NCBI GenBank assembly: GCA_963718525.1
Contig: OY970355.1
Span: 2,112,001-2,176,000 of the forward strand
DNA: 64,000 nucleotides
DNA from: Candidatus Dormiibacterota bacterium
GTDB lineage: Bacteria > Chloroflexota > Dormibacteria > Aeolococcales > Aeolococcaceae
Direction: 5' to 3'
Shown here in pieces: positions 10,048 to 19,359 of this stretch. The position numbers and the translations under genes are program-made. Numbering within the stretch: position 1 is the stretch's first letter; each line of letters opens with the position of its first letter. Below the pieces are notes generated by a model, which worked only from the letters and a program-made list of their open reading frames with translations, was not told the origin of the DNA and made no database searches.

Positions 10048-10923
10048 ATCAGCCAGTTCATTGAGGCCGTCGGATTCGGCCTGGTGACGGCGTCAGTCCT
10101 TGCACTGGCGGCCGTCGCCGTCTCGCTCCAGGTCAGCGTGACCAACTTCATCAATTTCGCCTACGGCGACTTCATGACGTTCGGAGCGTACATCGCATGG
10201 ACGGTGGCTCAGCACGGCGTGAACTTCTTTGCGGCCGTGCTGATCGGCGGGATCGCGACGGGCATCCTCGGTGTGCTCGCCAACTTTGTGATCTTCCGGC
10301 CGTTCATGCGCCGCCGTGTCCGTCCGGTCACCCTCCTCATCGCCGGAGTCGGCCTTTCCTTCATCATCCAGAACGGGATGACCATCATCTGGGGCACGGA
10401 GCCGGTCCGCTTCAATGTCACGCTCGGCAACGCACTCCACTTCGGTCCGCTCGTGTTCACACCCGGTGACCTCGTCACCATCGGCGCGGCAGTCGCCCTG
10501 TTGGTCCTCCTGCACGCCATGCTCACCTACACAAAGTTCGGCAAGTCGCTCCGTGCGACCTCGAACAACGTCGACCTTGCCAAGGCGTGCGGGATCGACA
10601 GTGACCGGGTCATCAGCATCACCTGGTTCATCGCGGGCATTCTGACCGCGGTCGCGGGAGTTGGGCTTGTCCTGCAGGAGAGCACGCTCGATCCGACCAC
10701 GGGCTTCAGCGAGCTCTTCGTTATCTTTGGCGCGGTGATCCTCGGTGGAATCGGCCGTCCGTATGGCGCCATGCTCGGCGCCCTCGTCGTGGGCATCCTC
10801 ACCGAGGTGTCCGGAAGCTACGTCAACTCGGCTTACAAGACGTCGATCGCCTTCGGGTTTGTGATCGTGTTGCTCCTCTTCCGGCCACAGGGTCTGTTCG
10901 CGGCAGCGGGGAAGACGAGCTGA
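10048..10923 (+). CDS. livH: Branched-chain amino acid ABC permease (LivH-like); probable ATC start, first canonical start is GTG at 10084
   Basis: INFAYGDF, TKFGKSLRATSNN, GAVILGGIGRPYGA, LLFRPQGLF. The frame continues upstream as (I)SQFIEAVGFGLV, after GGAGGG. Confidence 0.88.
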   Translation: MSQFIEAVGFGLVTASVLALAAVAVSLQVSVTNFINFAYGDFMTFGAYIAWTVAQHGVNFFAAVLIGGIATGILGVLANFVIFRPFMRRRVRPVTLLIAGVGLSFIIQNGMTIIWGTEPVRFNVTLGNALHFGPLVFTPGDLVTIGAAVALLVLLHAMLTYTKFGKSLRATSNNVDLAKACGIDSDRVISITWFIAGILTAVAGVGLVLQESTLDPTTGFSELFVIFGAVILGGIGRPYGAMLGALVVGILTEVSGSYVNSAYKTSIAFGFVIVLLLFRPQGLFAAAGKTS

Positions 10924-11909
10924 TGCTGTTCTTCCTCACCGATCTGCTCGCCCTCGGCTGCATCGTCAGCATCATGGTAGTGGGCCTCAACCTGCAGTAC
11001 GGCTACACCGGCCTCCTCAACTTCGCGTTCTACATGTACGTCGCCATCGGCGCGTACATCGCCGGTGTGACCACCATGGGTCCACCGACCCTCCCGGGTA
11101 TCACGTACATCTTCGGCTGGACGCTGCCCTGGTACGTCGGCCTGCTCCTCGGTGGCGTTGTCGCCGCCGCCGCCGGTGCCGTCGTGTTCGCCTTCACGGT
11201 CCGGCGTCTCCGCAGCGACTACCTCGCGATCGTGACCGTGTCGGCCGCATTCATCGTGTACAACGTCATCAACAGCTTCATACCGCTGTTTGACGGCGCG
11301 ACTGGCCTGTTCAACGTGCCGCCGATCACCGGCAACCTCAACGTCAGCACCGAGCAGTACTCACTCATCGTGCTGCTCGTCGCGGCCATCCTTCTGGCCC
11401 TGTTTGTCTTCATCTCGATGCGCATCTTCCGATCGCCGTTCGGCCGGCTGCTGCGTGCGATCCGCGAGGATGAGACGGTGACCTCCGCGTTCGGGCATGC
11501 GTCCTGGCGTCCTCAGCTGTGGGTGTTCGTCATCGGCTGCTTCATGGCCGGTATCGCCGGCGGACTCTTCATCTTCTACATCACCGCCTGGAGCCCGAGC
11601 GCGTTCCTTCCGCTGGAATCGTTCTTCCTGCTCGCTGCGCTGATCATCGGTGGCTCCGGCAATTACTGGGGTGCCGTCTTTGGTGCATTCGTTGTCATCG
11701 AAGGACTGGCCGAGCTGTCACGGTATGCACCCACGTTTGGCAGCCAGGCCGATGCCGGTGCGATCAGAGCGATCATCATCGGGCTCGCATTGATTCTCGT
11801 GCTCCGCTACCGGCCCGAGGGCCTGTTCCCGGAGCGGTGGTTGAAGTGGTACCGAACGACAGCCTCGGCCGCACGGAGGCGCGTGCTTCCGGGGCGACAG
11901 TCGCCGTGA
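10923..11909 (+). CDS. livM: Branched-chain amino acid ABC permease (LivM-like)
   Basis: GLNLQYGYTGLLNF, RLRSDYLAIVT, SPFGRLLRAIREDE, RPEGL. Confidence 0.9.
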   Translation: MLFFLTDLLALGCIVSIMVVGLNLQYGYTGLLNFAFYMYVAIGAYIAGVTTMGPPTLPGITYIFGWTLPWYVGLLLGGVVAAAAGAVVFAFTVRRLRSDYLAIVTVSAAFIVYNVINSFIPLFDGATGLFNVPPITGNLNVSTEQYSLIVLLVAAILLALFVFISMRIFRSPFGRLLRAIREDETVTSAFGHASWRPQLWVFVIGCFMAGIAGGLFIFYITAWSPSAFLPLESFFLLAALIIGGSGNYWGAVFGAFVVIEGLAELSRYAPTFGSQADAGAIRAIIIGLALILVLRYRPEGLFPERWLKWYRTTASAARRRVLPGRQSP

Positions 11910-12727
11910 CCGAGGCTCTCGCGACAGCAGGCGATGTCATCCTCGACATCCGTGACGTGCAATTCGCCTATGGCGGGGTCAAGGCGGTTGACGGCGCAAG
12001 CTTCAGCGTCGACCGTGGCACGGTGACCGGGCTCATCGGCCCCAACGGCGCGGGGAAGTCCACCCTCATCGAAATCTTGAGCGGCACCCTATCGCCGGAC
12101 CGCGGCGCCATTCTGTTTCAAGGCGTCAACACCAGGGGATGGGGCCCTCCGCGCGTCGCGCAGATGGGGATTGCCCGCACCTTTCAGACAGCACGAGTGC
12201 TGCCACGTCTGACGGTCCTCGAGAACGTCTTGATGGCTGCGCAGGGTCAGGAGGGGGAGAACCCACTCAAAGCCATGTTCTGGCGTCGATCCTGGTCGCA
12301 GCAGGAAGACGCCAATCGCGAGGAGGCGAAGAACCTGCTCAACTGGCTCGGATTGAGCGACCACCTGGAGAAGCCGGCGGGCACGTTGAGCGGTGGGCAG
12401 CGCCGGCTCATGGAGATTTCGCGTGCGTTGCTGGCACACCCGAAGCTGCTGCTGCTCGATGAGCCGACGGCGGGGGTCTTCCCGGAGACCAGCCGCCTCA
12501 TCGCCACGCGTATCCGGGAGATCGTTGCGCAGGGCGTGACCATCCTGCTCATCGCGCACAACATGGAATTCCTCTCGACCGTCGCTGACGACGTTGTCGT
12601 CATGGCGGAGGGGAAAGTGCTCACCCGCGGACCGCTGGACTCGGTCCGTCAACATGAAGACGTCATCGCGGCGTATCTGGGCGTGGGCGGGCGATCATTG
12701 ACAACACATCCGATTACAGGTGCCTGA
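11906..12727 (+). CDS. livG: ABC ATP-binding protein (LivG-like)
   Basis: GPNGAGKST, GIARTFQ, LSGGQRR, LLLDEPTAG; GTGA overlap start. Confidence 0.9.
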   Translation: MTEALATAGDVILDIRDVQFAYGGVKAVDGASFSVDRGTVTGLIGPNGAGKSTLIEILSGTLSPDRGAILFQGVNTRGWGPPRVAQMGIARTFQTARVLPRLTVLENVLMAAQGQEGENPLKAMFWRRSWSQQEDANREEAKNLLNWLGLSDHLEKPAGTLSGGQRRLMEISRALLAHPKLLLLDEPTAGVFPETSRLIATRIREIVAQGVTILLIAHNMEFLSTVADDVVVMAEGKVLTRGPLDSVRQHEDVIAAYLGVGGRSLTTHPITGA

Positions 12728-13430
12728 AATGCCGGACCTGACTGCGGTCGGCGTCACCGCTGGATACGATGGGCCGCCGGTTCTCGACAAGGTTGGCGTG
12801 CACTGTGAGGCGGGCACCACCACCGTCATCCTCGGACCGAACGGCGCTGGAAAGTCGACGCTCGCGAAGGCCATCGTCGGGTTGCTCACCATCCGCGAGG
12901 GCACGGTCACCCTTCTCGGGGAGGACATCACCGGTATGGGGCCGCACAAGCTGGTGCGTCGCGGTCTCGCGTATCTGCCCCAGCTCATGAATATCTTCGA
13001 TCAGATGACCGTCATCGAGAATCTGGAGATGGGCGGCTATACCATCCAGGGCAGCCTGACTCAGCGCATCGACACCGTGATGGAGCTCTTTCCAGACCTC
13101 GCCAAAGACCGCCACAAGAAGAGCGCCACGCTGTCGGGCGGTCAGCAGCGAATGCTCGCGCTCGCGCGTCTGCTCATGACCGATCCGAAGGTTGCGATCC
13201 TCGATGAGCCGACCGCAGGTCTTTCGCCTCTGTACGCGGAGCGCGTGTGGGAGCAGATCGACCGGATCAGAGGACTCGGCGTCGGCCTGCTCGTTGTCGA
13301 GCAGAACGCGAGCATCGCAATGGATCACGCGGACTCGGTGTTCCTGCTCGCGCAGGGGCGCAATGTGACGTCAGGGACCGTCGAAGAGGTGCGCGGTCGC
13401 GACGAAGTCGCACGGATCCTGGTCGGGTAG
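12720..13430 (+). CDS. livF: ABC ATP-binding protein (LivF-like)
   Basis: GPNGAGKST, LSGGQQRML, ILDEPTAGL, LVVEQN. Confidence 0.9.
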   Translation: MPEMPDLTAVGVTAGYDGPPVLDKVGVHCEAGTTTVILGPNGAGKSTLAKAIVGLLTIREGTVTLLGEDITGMGPHKLVRRGLAYLPQLMNIFDQMTVIENLEMGGYTIQGSLTQRIDTVMELFPDLAKDRHKKSATLSGGQQRMLALARLLMTDPKVAILDEPTAGLSPLYAERVWEQIDRIRGLGVGLLVVEQNASIAMDHADSVFLLAQGRNVTSGTVEEVRGRDEVARILVG

Positions 13431-13472
13431 CTCAGGCACGTCGATGACTCCCGTCTTCCGGAGCGGAGGTCG

Positions 13473-14897
13473 GTGCGCCCGTGCCACGGTCGTGAGCGGC
13501 GGTTGGTGCTGACCCCTTCCGGCGCATCTGTACCGGAGCGGGACCCGGATGTCATCGTCAGCGGGGCGGGCATGGGCGGACTGGTCGCCGGCATCGCAGC
13601 CCAGGAGGACGGCGCACGCGTGCTCATCGTGGAAAAGGCCGCGGCGCCAGGCGGATCTCTCGCGATCTCCGGCGGCTATGTGTGGACATTCCAGTCGCAC
13701 GCGGACTACCGGCAGTTAGTTCCTCACGGTGACTCTGCGCTGGGTCGCGTGCTCGTGGATGATTTCGCAACCGGGATTGAGTGGCTCACCGGCCATCACG
13801 TGCGCCTCGGTGACCCGCACAACGGATTGGGCCCGGATCGAGCCGGGTCGGGGTTTCGCATCGAACCCGACCCCGTCCTCGGTGCCGTCGAGCCACTGGT
13901 CGATGCATTCGTGAAAGGGGGCGGCACCCTCGCGTGCAACTCGAGGGTCGTCGGGCTGGTGCAGAACGACGATGGGGCGGTCGTGGGCGCTCGGGTGCGA
14001 AGTGGCGAAGGGACGCGCGTGGTGCGGTCGCGCAGTGTGGTGCTGGCCACGGGCGGATTCCAGGGAGATGCCGAGCTGATGGCCCGCCACGTGAGTCAGT
14101 GGGCCGACCGGGCCCTCCTGCGCGCGAGCCCATCGAGCACCGGCGACGGGTTTCGCCTCGCACTGGACGCAGGAGCGTCGACGAGTCGGGGACTGAACGC
14201 GGTCTATGCACACGTGATGCCGAAGCTCGACAGGTCACTCGATCCCGGCGGCTTTCGTGCGCTCACGCAGTTCTACGTTGAAGAGTGCATGCTCCTCAAT
14301 CTCGACGGCGCGCGTTTCGTCGATGAGAGCCGCGGTGACGCGCTCTGCGGGCTCGAGCTGCTCCGGCAGCGCGAGGCTGCGGGGTTCATCGTGCTCGACG
14401 AGCAGCGCCACCAGAGCGCGGTGATGGAACCGTTCGTGCCCGACATGATGCGTTCAGATCCGCTCACCGCGGTGCGCGCCGCCGGCGGGACAGTGATTGT
14501 CGCGGACACGCTCGATGACCTCTGTCATCGGCTCGCTGAGTTCGGTGTCCCACCTCTGGTCGCGCTCGCCACCATCCGTGGGTTCGACGCGGCAGCCGAG
14601 CTCGGCGTCCCCGACAGCCTGCCCGTGCCTCGAGCTCGCGGCCTGCACACGTGCAGGCAGGCGCCATTCTTCGCCGTCCCCGTGATTCCCGGCGTCACCT
14701 TCACGGAAGGGGGCATCAGGGTCAATACGGAATCGCAGGCTCTGGACCGGGACGATCGCCCGGTGCCGGGTCTGTTTGTCGCAGGCGTCGACGTCGGAGC
14801 GATCTCGAACGCGGGCTATGCCGGGGCACTGTCAGCCGCGCTGATCACCGGGCTGCGAGCCGGTGTGCACGCAGCACGATCGGGAGTGTCGCGATGA
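13473..14897 (+). CDS. FAD-dependent oxidoreductase (FAD_binding_2; flavocytochrome c/TcuA/KstD-like); exact start uncertain
   Basis: VIVSGAGMGGLVAG, EKAAAPGG, VVLATGGFQGD, GARFVDE, TFTEGGIRVN, PGLFVAG. Confidence 0.85.
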   Translation: MRPCHGRERRLVLTPSGASVPERDPDVIVSGAGMGGLVAGIAAQEDGARVLIVEKAAAPGGSLAISGGYVWTFQSHADYRQLVPHGDSALGRVLVDDFATGIEWLTGHHVRLGDPHNGLGPDRAGSGFRIEPDPVLGAVEPLVDAFVKGGGTLACNSRVVGLVQNDDGAVVGARVRSGEGTRVVRSRSVVLATGGFQGDAELMARHVSQWADRALLRASPSSTGDGFRLALDAGASTSRGLNAVYAHVMPKLDRSLDPGGFRALTQFYVEECMLLNLDGARFVDESRGDALCGLELLRQREAAGFIVLDEQRHQSAVMEPFVPDMMRSDPLTAVRAAGGTVIVADTLDDLCHRLAEFGVPPLVALATIRGFDAAAELGVPDSLPVPRARGLHTCRQAPFFAVPVIPGVTFTEGGIRVNTESQALDRDDRPVPGLFVAGVDVGAISNAGYAGALSAALITGLRAGVHAARSGVSR

Positions 14898-16186
14898 GCG
14901 TGCCCCCACAGACTGGAACCTCACCGGTCGAAGCAGACGAGGAGCCTCCGGTCGAAGGCCCTTCGCCACGGGCTCAGCAGTATCGATGGCGGATTCTCGG
15001 CTCGGCGCTGCTGATCCAGGTGACCATCTCGATCGTGACCCAGGGATTCCCTGCGCTGGCGCCGTTTGCAAAAGGTGACCTCGGGCTCACCCGGCCGGAG
15101 ATCGGCATCTTCGCGACCATCCTGAACCTCGGCACCATGCTCGCCCTGCTGCCGGCGGGGTGGGCGGTCGATGTTCTCGGAGAGCGGCGTGTGCTCGTCG
15201 CAGGTGGTATCGCCGCGGGGTTGGTCACGGCGGTGACCGCATTCGCACCGAGCTTTGCCGTGTTCCTTCCTCTGCTGATCATCATCGGGCTGGCCGGAGC
15301 CACCCCGACGCCCGCCGGGAGCACCGCGATCATCTCCGCGTTTCACCTCCGCGACCGCGCGTTTGTGATGAGCATTCGCCAGGCGGGTGTTCCGCTCGGC
15401 GGTGCGCTGGCAGCGTTGATCCTTCCACCGATCGCGATCGCCGCCGGGTGGCGGCGGGCGTTGCTGGTTGCGGCAGGCCTCGCAATTCTTGGCGCGCTGG
15501 TCGGCTACGCCCTGGTGCGCCGTGCCCCCAGAAAGCCACGAGGGAGAATCCGTCGCGACCACGGCTCGTTCAAGGCAGTGGCAACGCACGACGCCACGTT
15601 CATCGGCCTCGCCGCAATCTTTCTCACCCTCGGCCAGTTCGTGCTCGTCAGTTACATCGCGTTGTATCTCTTCGAAACGTGGCACATGTCGCTGGCCGAA
15701 GCGTCGTGGTTTCTCGTTGCGGCCAATGCGGGCGGCGTCGCGGGCCGGTTGTTCTGGGGAACCATCAGCGATCGCCTGTTCAAGGGACGGCGTCGCGGAC
15801 CGCTCATCCTCGTGAGCCTCCTCGGAGCCGCCGGCTTCGTCATCCTCGCGTGGATTCCGGTATCGACCCCGGTGGTTCTGCTGCTCTTGATCGTGTTCTC
15901 CCTCGGCGCAACCATCATCGGGTGGAATGGCGTGTACATCACGCTCCTCTCCGAGATCGCACCGCCTGACAAACGGGGCCGCTCGGTTGCATACGGGATG
16001 GCCATCGCCCAGGTGGGAATCTTCGGCGGCCCATTTGCCTTTGGGGTGCTGGTCGATCTCACCAGCTCGTACCGGATCGCCTGGACGGCCGTCGCACTCG
16101 CGCTGCTGCTGGCGGCACTGCTGCTGCGTCAGATCGCCGAGGTCGCGACCCAGGGAGTCACCGTGGAAGCGGTGCCGGCGATCTGA
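14894..16186 (+). CDS. MFS transporter
   Basis: About 12 hydrophobic segments; GWAVDVLGERR and GTISDRLFKGRR loop motifs; ATGA-coupled start MSVPPQ. Confidence 0.9.
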   Translation: MSVPPQTGTSPVEADEEPPVEGPSPRAQQYRWRILGSALLIQVTISIVTQGFPALAPFAKGDLGLTRPEIGIFATILNLGTMLALLPAGWAVDVLGERRVLVAGGIAAGLVTAVTAFAPSFAVFLPLLIIIGLAGATPTPAGSTAIISAFHLRDRAFVMSIRQAGVPLGGALAALILPPIAIAAGWRRALLVAAGLAILGALVGYALVRRAPRKPRGRIRRDHGSFKAVATHDATFIGLAAIFLTLGQFVLVSYIALYLFETWHMSLAEASWFLVAANAGGVAGRLFWGTISDRLFKGRRRGPLILVSLLGAAGFVILAWIPVSTPVVLLLLIVFSLGATIIGWNGVYITLLSEIAPPDKRGRSVAYGMAIAQVGIFGGPFAFGVLVDLTSSYRIAWTAVALALLLAALLLRQIAEVATQGVTVEAVPAI

Positions 16187-16234
16187 CATGGGCCGTTCTC
16201 AGCAATCAGCACAACTGCGTTCGCACTGAGGAGC

Positions 16235-17456
16235 ATGCACGTGACCTCCGAACCCTCTGTTCCGTCCGCTCAGCGCGCGGACACGCCCGCGGTGACCATC
16301 CGGCGTGTCGAGATCATGCCGCTCAAGGTGCAGCTGAAATTCCGGCGCACGCTGTCAAAGGGAGTGGTCGCCGGCGACGACGCCCGTCCGTGGGTCGGCG
16401 ATCCCGTGCTGATCAAGGTCGAGAGCACCGACGGTGTCGCCGGCTTCGGTCAGGTGCGTCCCCCCACGCCGTGGCTCGGCGAGACCACGGACAGCATCGT
16501 CGCAGCGCTCCGTCATTACTACGGCCCGGCGTTGATCGGCGCCAATGCTCTCGAACGCGAGTTGATCGCTCCGGCGCTCAACCGCCTGCTCCCGTCAAAC
16601 TCGGTTGCGCTCGCCGGGATCGACATGGCGCTGCACGACCTCGTCGGCAAGACGTTCGGGCTGCCCGTGTACGCGTTGCTGGGTGGCACGCGGCGTTCGA
16701 TACCACTCGACTGGTCGATCTCGCTGAATCCCCCGGACAGCATGGTTGCCGAGGCGGTGCGCGCTGTCTCCGAGTTCCGAGTGCGCACCATCTGCCTCAA
16801 GATGGGACCGAGCGCTCGATGGGAGGAGGACATCGCGACATTCAAGCGGGTTCGATCGGAGGTCGGGCAAGGTGTCGAGATCGGCATCGATCCCAATGAG
16901 GGCTACGACCTGAGCACCACGCTGCGTGTGGTGCGGAGTTCTCGAGGACGAGCGCGTCGCATACGTCGAGCAGCCGATGCATCGCGATGACCACGAGGGC
17001 CTGCAACTCCTGCGTGCCCAGGGCGTTGCACCGCTGCTCATCGACGAGAGCGCCATTCATGCCTCCGATGTTCAGCGTCTCATCGCCCACGGATGCTGCG
17101 ATGGGCTGGTGCTCAAGCTCTGGAAGAGTGGAGGCTTCTCCGGAGTGAGACAGATGGCCACGCTCGCCGAGGCGGCCGGATTGCAGACAACGCTCGGTGG
17201 CGTCGCGCACGGAAGCGTCATCGAAGCCGCCGCCTGCGCGCACGTGTATTCGTCACTCGTCGCCCAGCCGATGGCCGCGGAGTTCGTTCTGGGTCTCAAC
17301 GTCGTTGATGTCGACCCAATCTCGAGCGCATCTGCCGATTTCAGCGTCAAGGACGGCAACGTGTCCGCACCATCGGCACCCGGTCTGGGTGTCGACGTCG
17401 ACCTTGAAGCCGCCAAACATCATGCGCTGGCCAGCTTCACGATCGACAACAGCTGA
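16235..17456 (+). pseudogene. Mandelate racemase/muconate cycloisomerase (enolase superfamily) gene split by a frameshift near 16934-16940
   Basis: The 5' ORF has AGIDMALHDLVGK, CLKMG and IDPNEG. The 3' ORF in the next frame has YVEQP, IDES, LKLWKSGG and PSAPGLGV. Together they form one full-length enzyme. Confidence 0.8.
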
Positions 17457-17464
17457 ACGACGAG

Positions 17465-18274
17465 GTGGAGAGATCCGGAGTGTCGATCCAGTGGGATGCT
17501 GGGCTCTACGGCGCCAACAGCGCCCACCACCGCAGCTTCGATGCCGGGTTCCTGGACACTCTCGAGATCCGGCCGCACAGCTCGATCCTCGACGTCGGGT
17601 GCGGGACCGGTGACCTCGCTGCGAGGCTTGCCGAGCTGGCACTGCACGGGCAGGTCGTCGGCATCGACGCGTCCAGCTCGATGGTCAACGAGGCGCGCCG
17701 CTGTCATCCGCGGCTGCGCTTCGTCGAGTGTGCCGCACAGGACATCACGCCGGACATCGGAACGTTTGACCTGGCTGTCTCCACCGCCGTCCTCCATTGG
17801 ATTCCCGAAACCGATCATCCGGAGGTGCTTCGGCGCGTTCACGGGGTCCTCCGCCCCGGCGGAGTCTTCCGAGCCGAGTTCGGTGGCCAGGGCCAGATCG
17901 CCCGGGCCCGCCAGATCCTTGACGAAACTGCGCGCGACATGGCGCTCGACGTCACCCCGCCGTGGTACTTTCCGGCGCCCGAAGCCTACAAGCAGCGGCT
18001 CGTCGCAGCAGGGTTCTCGGAGGCTCGCAGCTGGACAGCGCTGCGCCATCAGCGTCGTTCGGTCCCCGATGAGGATGCCCTGCGTGGATGGCTGCGCAGC
18101 CAGGTCTTGATCGCGTATGAAGCATCGATGACCGAGCGCGACGCTGCCGAATTCCGGCAGCGCGTGGAGTCGCGAGCCCGTGTCGAACTCCGCCGCGATG
18201 ATGGGACGTATGACCAGGACTACGTGCGCCTCGATCTGCTGGCCGTGGTCGACGCTCCCGATTCCGGCGATTAG
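17465..18274 (+). CDS. Class I SAM-dependent methyltransferase (Tam-like)
   Basis: N-terminal WDAGLY, ILDVGCGTG, GIDASSSM, FDLAVSTAVLHWI, LRPGG, DYVRL. Confidence 0.85.
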   Translation: MERSGVSIQWDAGLYGANSAHHRSFDAGFLDTLEIRPHSSILDVGCGTGDLAARLAELALHGQVVGIDASSSMVNEARRCHPRLRFVECAAQDITPDIGTFDLAVSTAVLHWIPETDHPEVLRRVHGVLRPGGVFRAEFGGQGQIARARQILDETARDMALDVTPPWYFPAPEAYKQRLVAAGFSEARSWTALRHQRRSVPDEDALRGWLRSQVLIAYEASMTERDAAEFRQRVESRARVELRRDDGTYDQDYVRLDLLAVVDAPDSGD

Positions 18275-18292
18275 CCTGAGCTGATCAGCGGC

Positions 18293-18805
18293 CTACGCCG
18301 GGTGCGGGGGAGGGGAGACCTCGCCGTCGACCCCGGTGAAGTGCCGGCCCTCGACGTCAAAGGACCAGTCGGCGACACGCACCCGGCGGCTGAACAACCA
18401 TCGACCCGCAACAATCGTGTAGGTGTCGCTGTAGCGCAGCCCGCGGACGCGGATGCTGGAGCCTCCTGCAAGCTGATCCGACAAAAGATATGCGACGGCG
18501 TACACCTGGGCGTGGCCGAAGCCGTCACCCACGACCACCTCGACGTTGCTGCCGAGGTGTGTCGTCGCGTTCCAGCGGGACATCGCGCTCTTCAGGTACG
18601 CCACGATCAGCTCGCGCCCTGGGCCGTACTCGCGGTCGTACCACCCGGTCGCGTCCGGCGCGAAGCACGATTCGAGCAACTCGTAATCACGCTGGTCGAG
18701 CGCGATGAAGTACCGAGTGATCAGCGCACGAATCTGCGCCTCGTTGTCTCGCCGGTTCGAGATACCACCGTCATCCTGCGCGACAGGCCGCTCGTCGTCC
18801 GGCAA
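18293..18805 (-). CDS. NTF2/SnoaL-like domain protein
   Basis: IRALITRYFIALDQRDYELLESCFAPDA, THLGSN, RYSDTYTIVAGRWLFSRR. TTG start inferred just after the upstream stop. Confidence 0.8.
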   Translation of the reverse strand: MPDDERPVAQDDGGISNRRDNEAQIRALITRYFIALDQRDYELLESCFAPDATGWYDREYGPGRELIVAYLKSAMSRWNATTHLGSNVEVVVGDGFGHAQVYAVAYLLSDQLAGGSSIRVRGLRYSDTYTIVAGRWLFSRRVRVADWSFDVEGRHFTGVDGEVSPPPHPA

Positions 18806-18807
18806 TG

Positions 18808-19359
18808 CTATTTGGTGATCATCAGCATCTTGTACCAGCGGTCCCCGAAGATCGCGATCACATCGAGTTGGTCCGCGTAGTACAGGATCTTGCCCTCCAG
18901 GGACGCCGGAAAACGCGTCGCCGTCGGGCTGTGGGTGAGGATGATCTCGCACACCTCGGCGGGCAGGCCGTGGCTCATCGCGGCGTGCGCCCCGAGGAAG
19001 CCGTGCGGATACCGGCGTCCGGCGTCCGTGTACCCATTCGACTCGCCCTCTGGCTGGTACTCGACGAGCTTGGAGACGTCCTGGAGCAGACCGGCTGCGA
19101 TGAGCACATCGCGATTCACCACGACACCGTGGTGCTTCTCGAAGACGTCCGCGGCCGCAAGGGCAAGCGCGAGGACGGCATGACAGTGGCGCACGTGCGA
19201 TCCGGGGATCTCCGGTGACGTCGGCACATCGTCGATTGATTCGAACGGTGACACCTCCCAGAGCTCAGCCCAGACGGCTGCCACGCCGCTGCGCAGCTGG
19301 GCATCCGAGATGCCCGCAAGCTCCGGAAACAGTGCTAGCACGTCGAGCGGCCGTTTCAT
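18808..19359 (-). CDS. HD-domain (HDIG-like) protein with QD in place of HD
   Basis: HVRHCHAV...AAGLLQDVSKLVEY...HGFLGA...IILTHS...EGKILYYAD. Confidence 0.8.
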   Translation of the reverse strand: MKRPLDVLALFPELAGISDAQLRSGVAAVWAELWEVSPFESIDDVPTSPEIPGSHVRHCHAVLALALAAADVFEKHHGVVVNRDVLIAAGLLQDVSKLVEYQPEGESNGYTDAGRRYPHGFLGAHAAMSHGLPAEVCEIILTHSPTATRFPASLEGKILYYADQLDVIAIFGDRWYKMLMITK

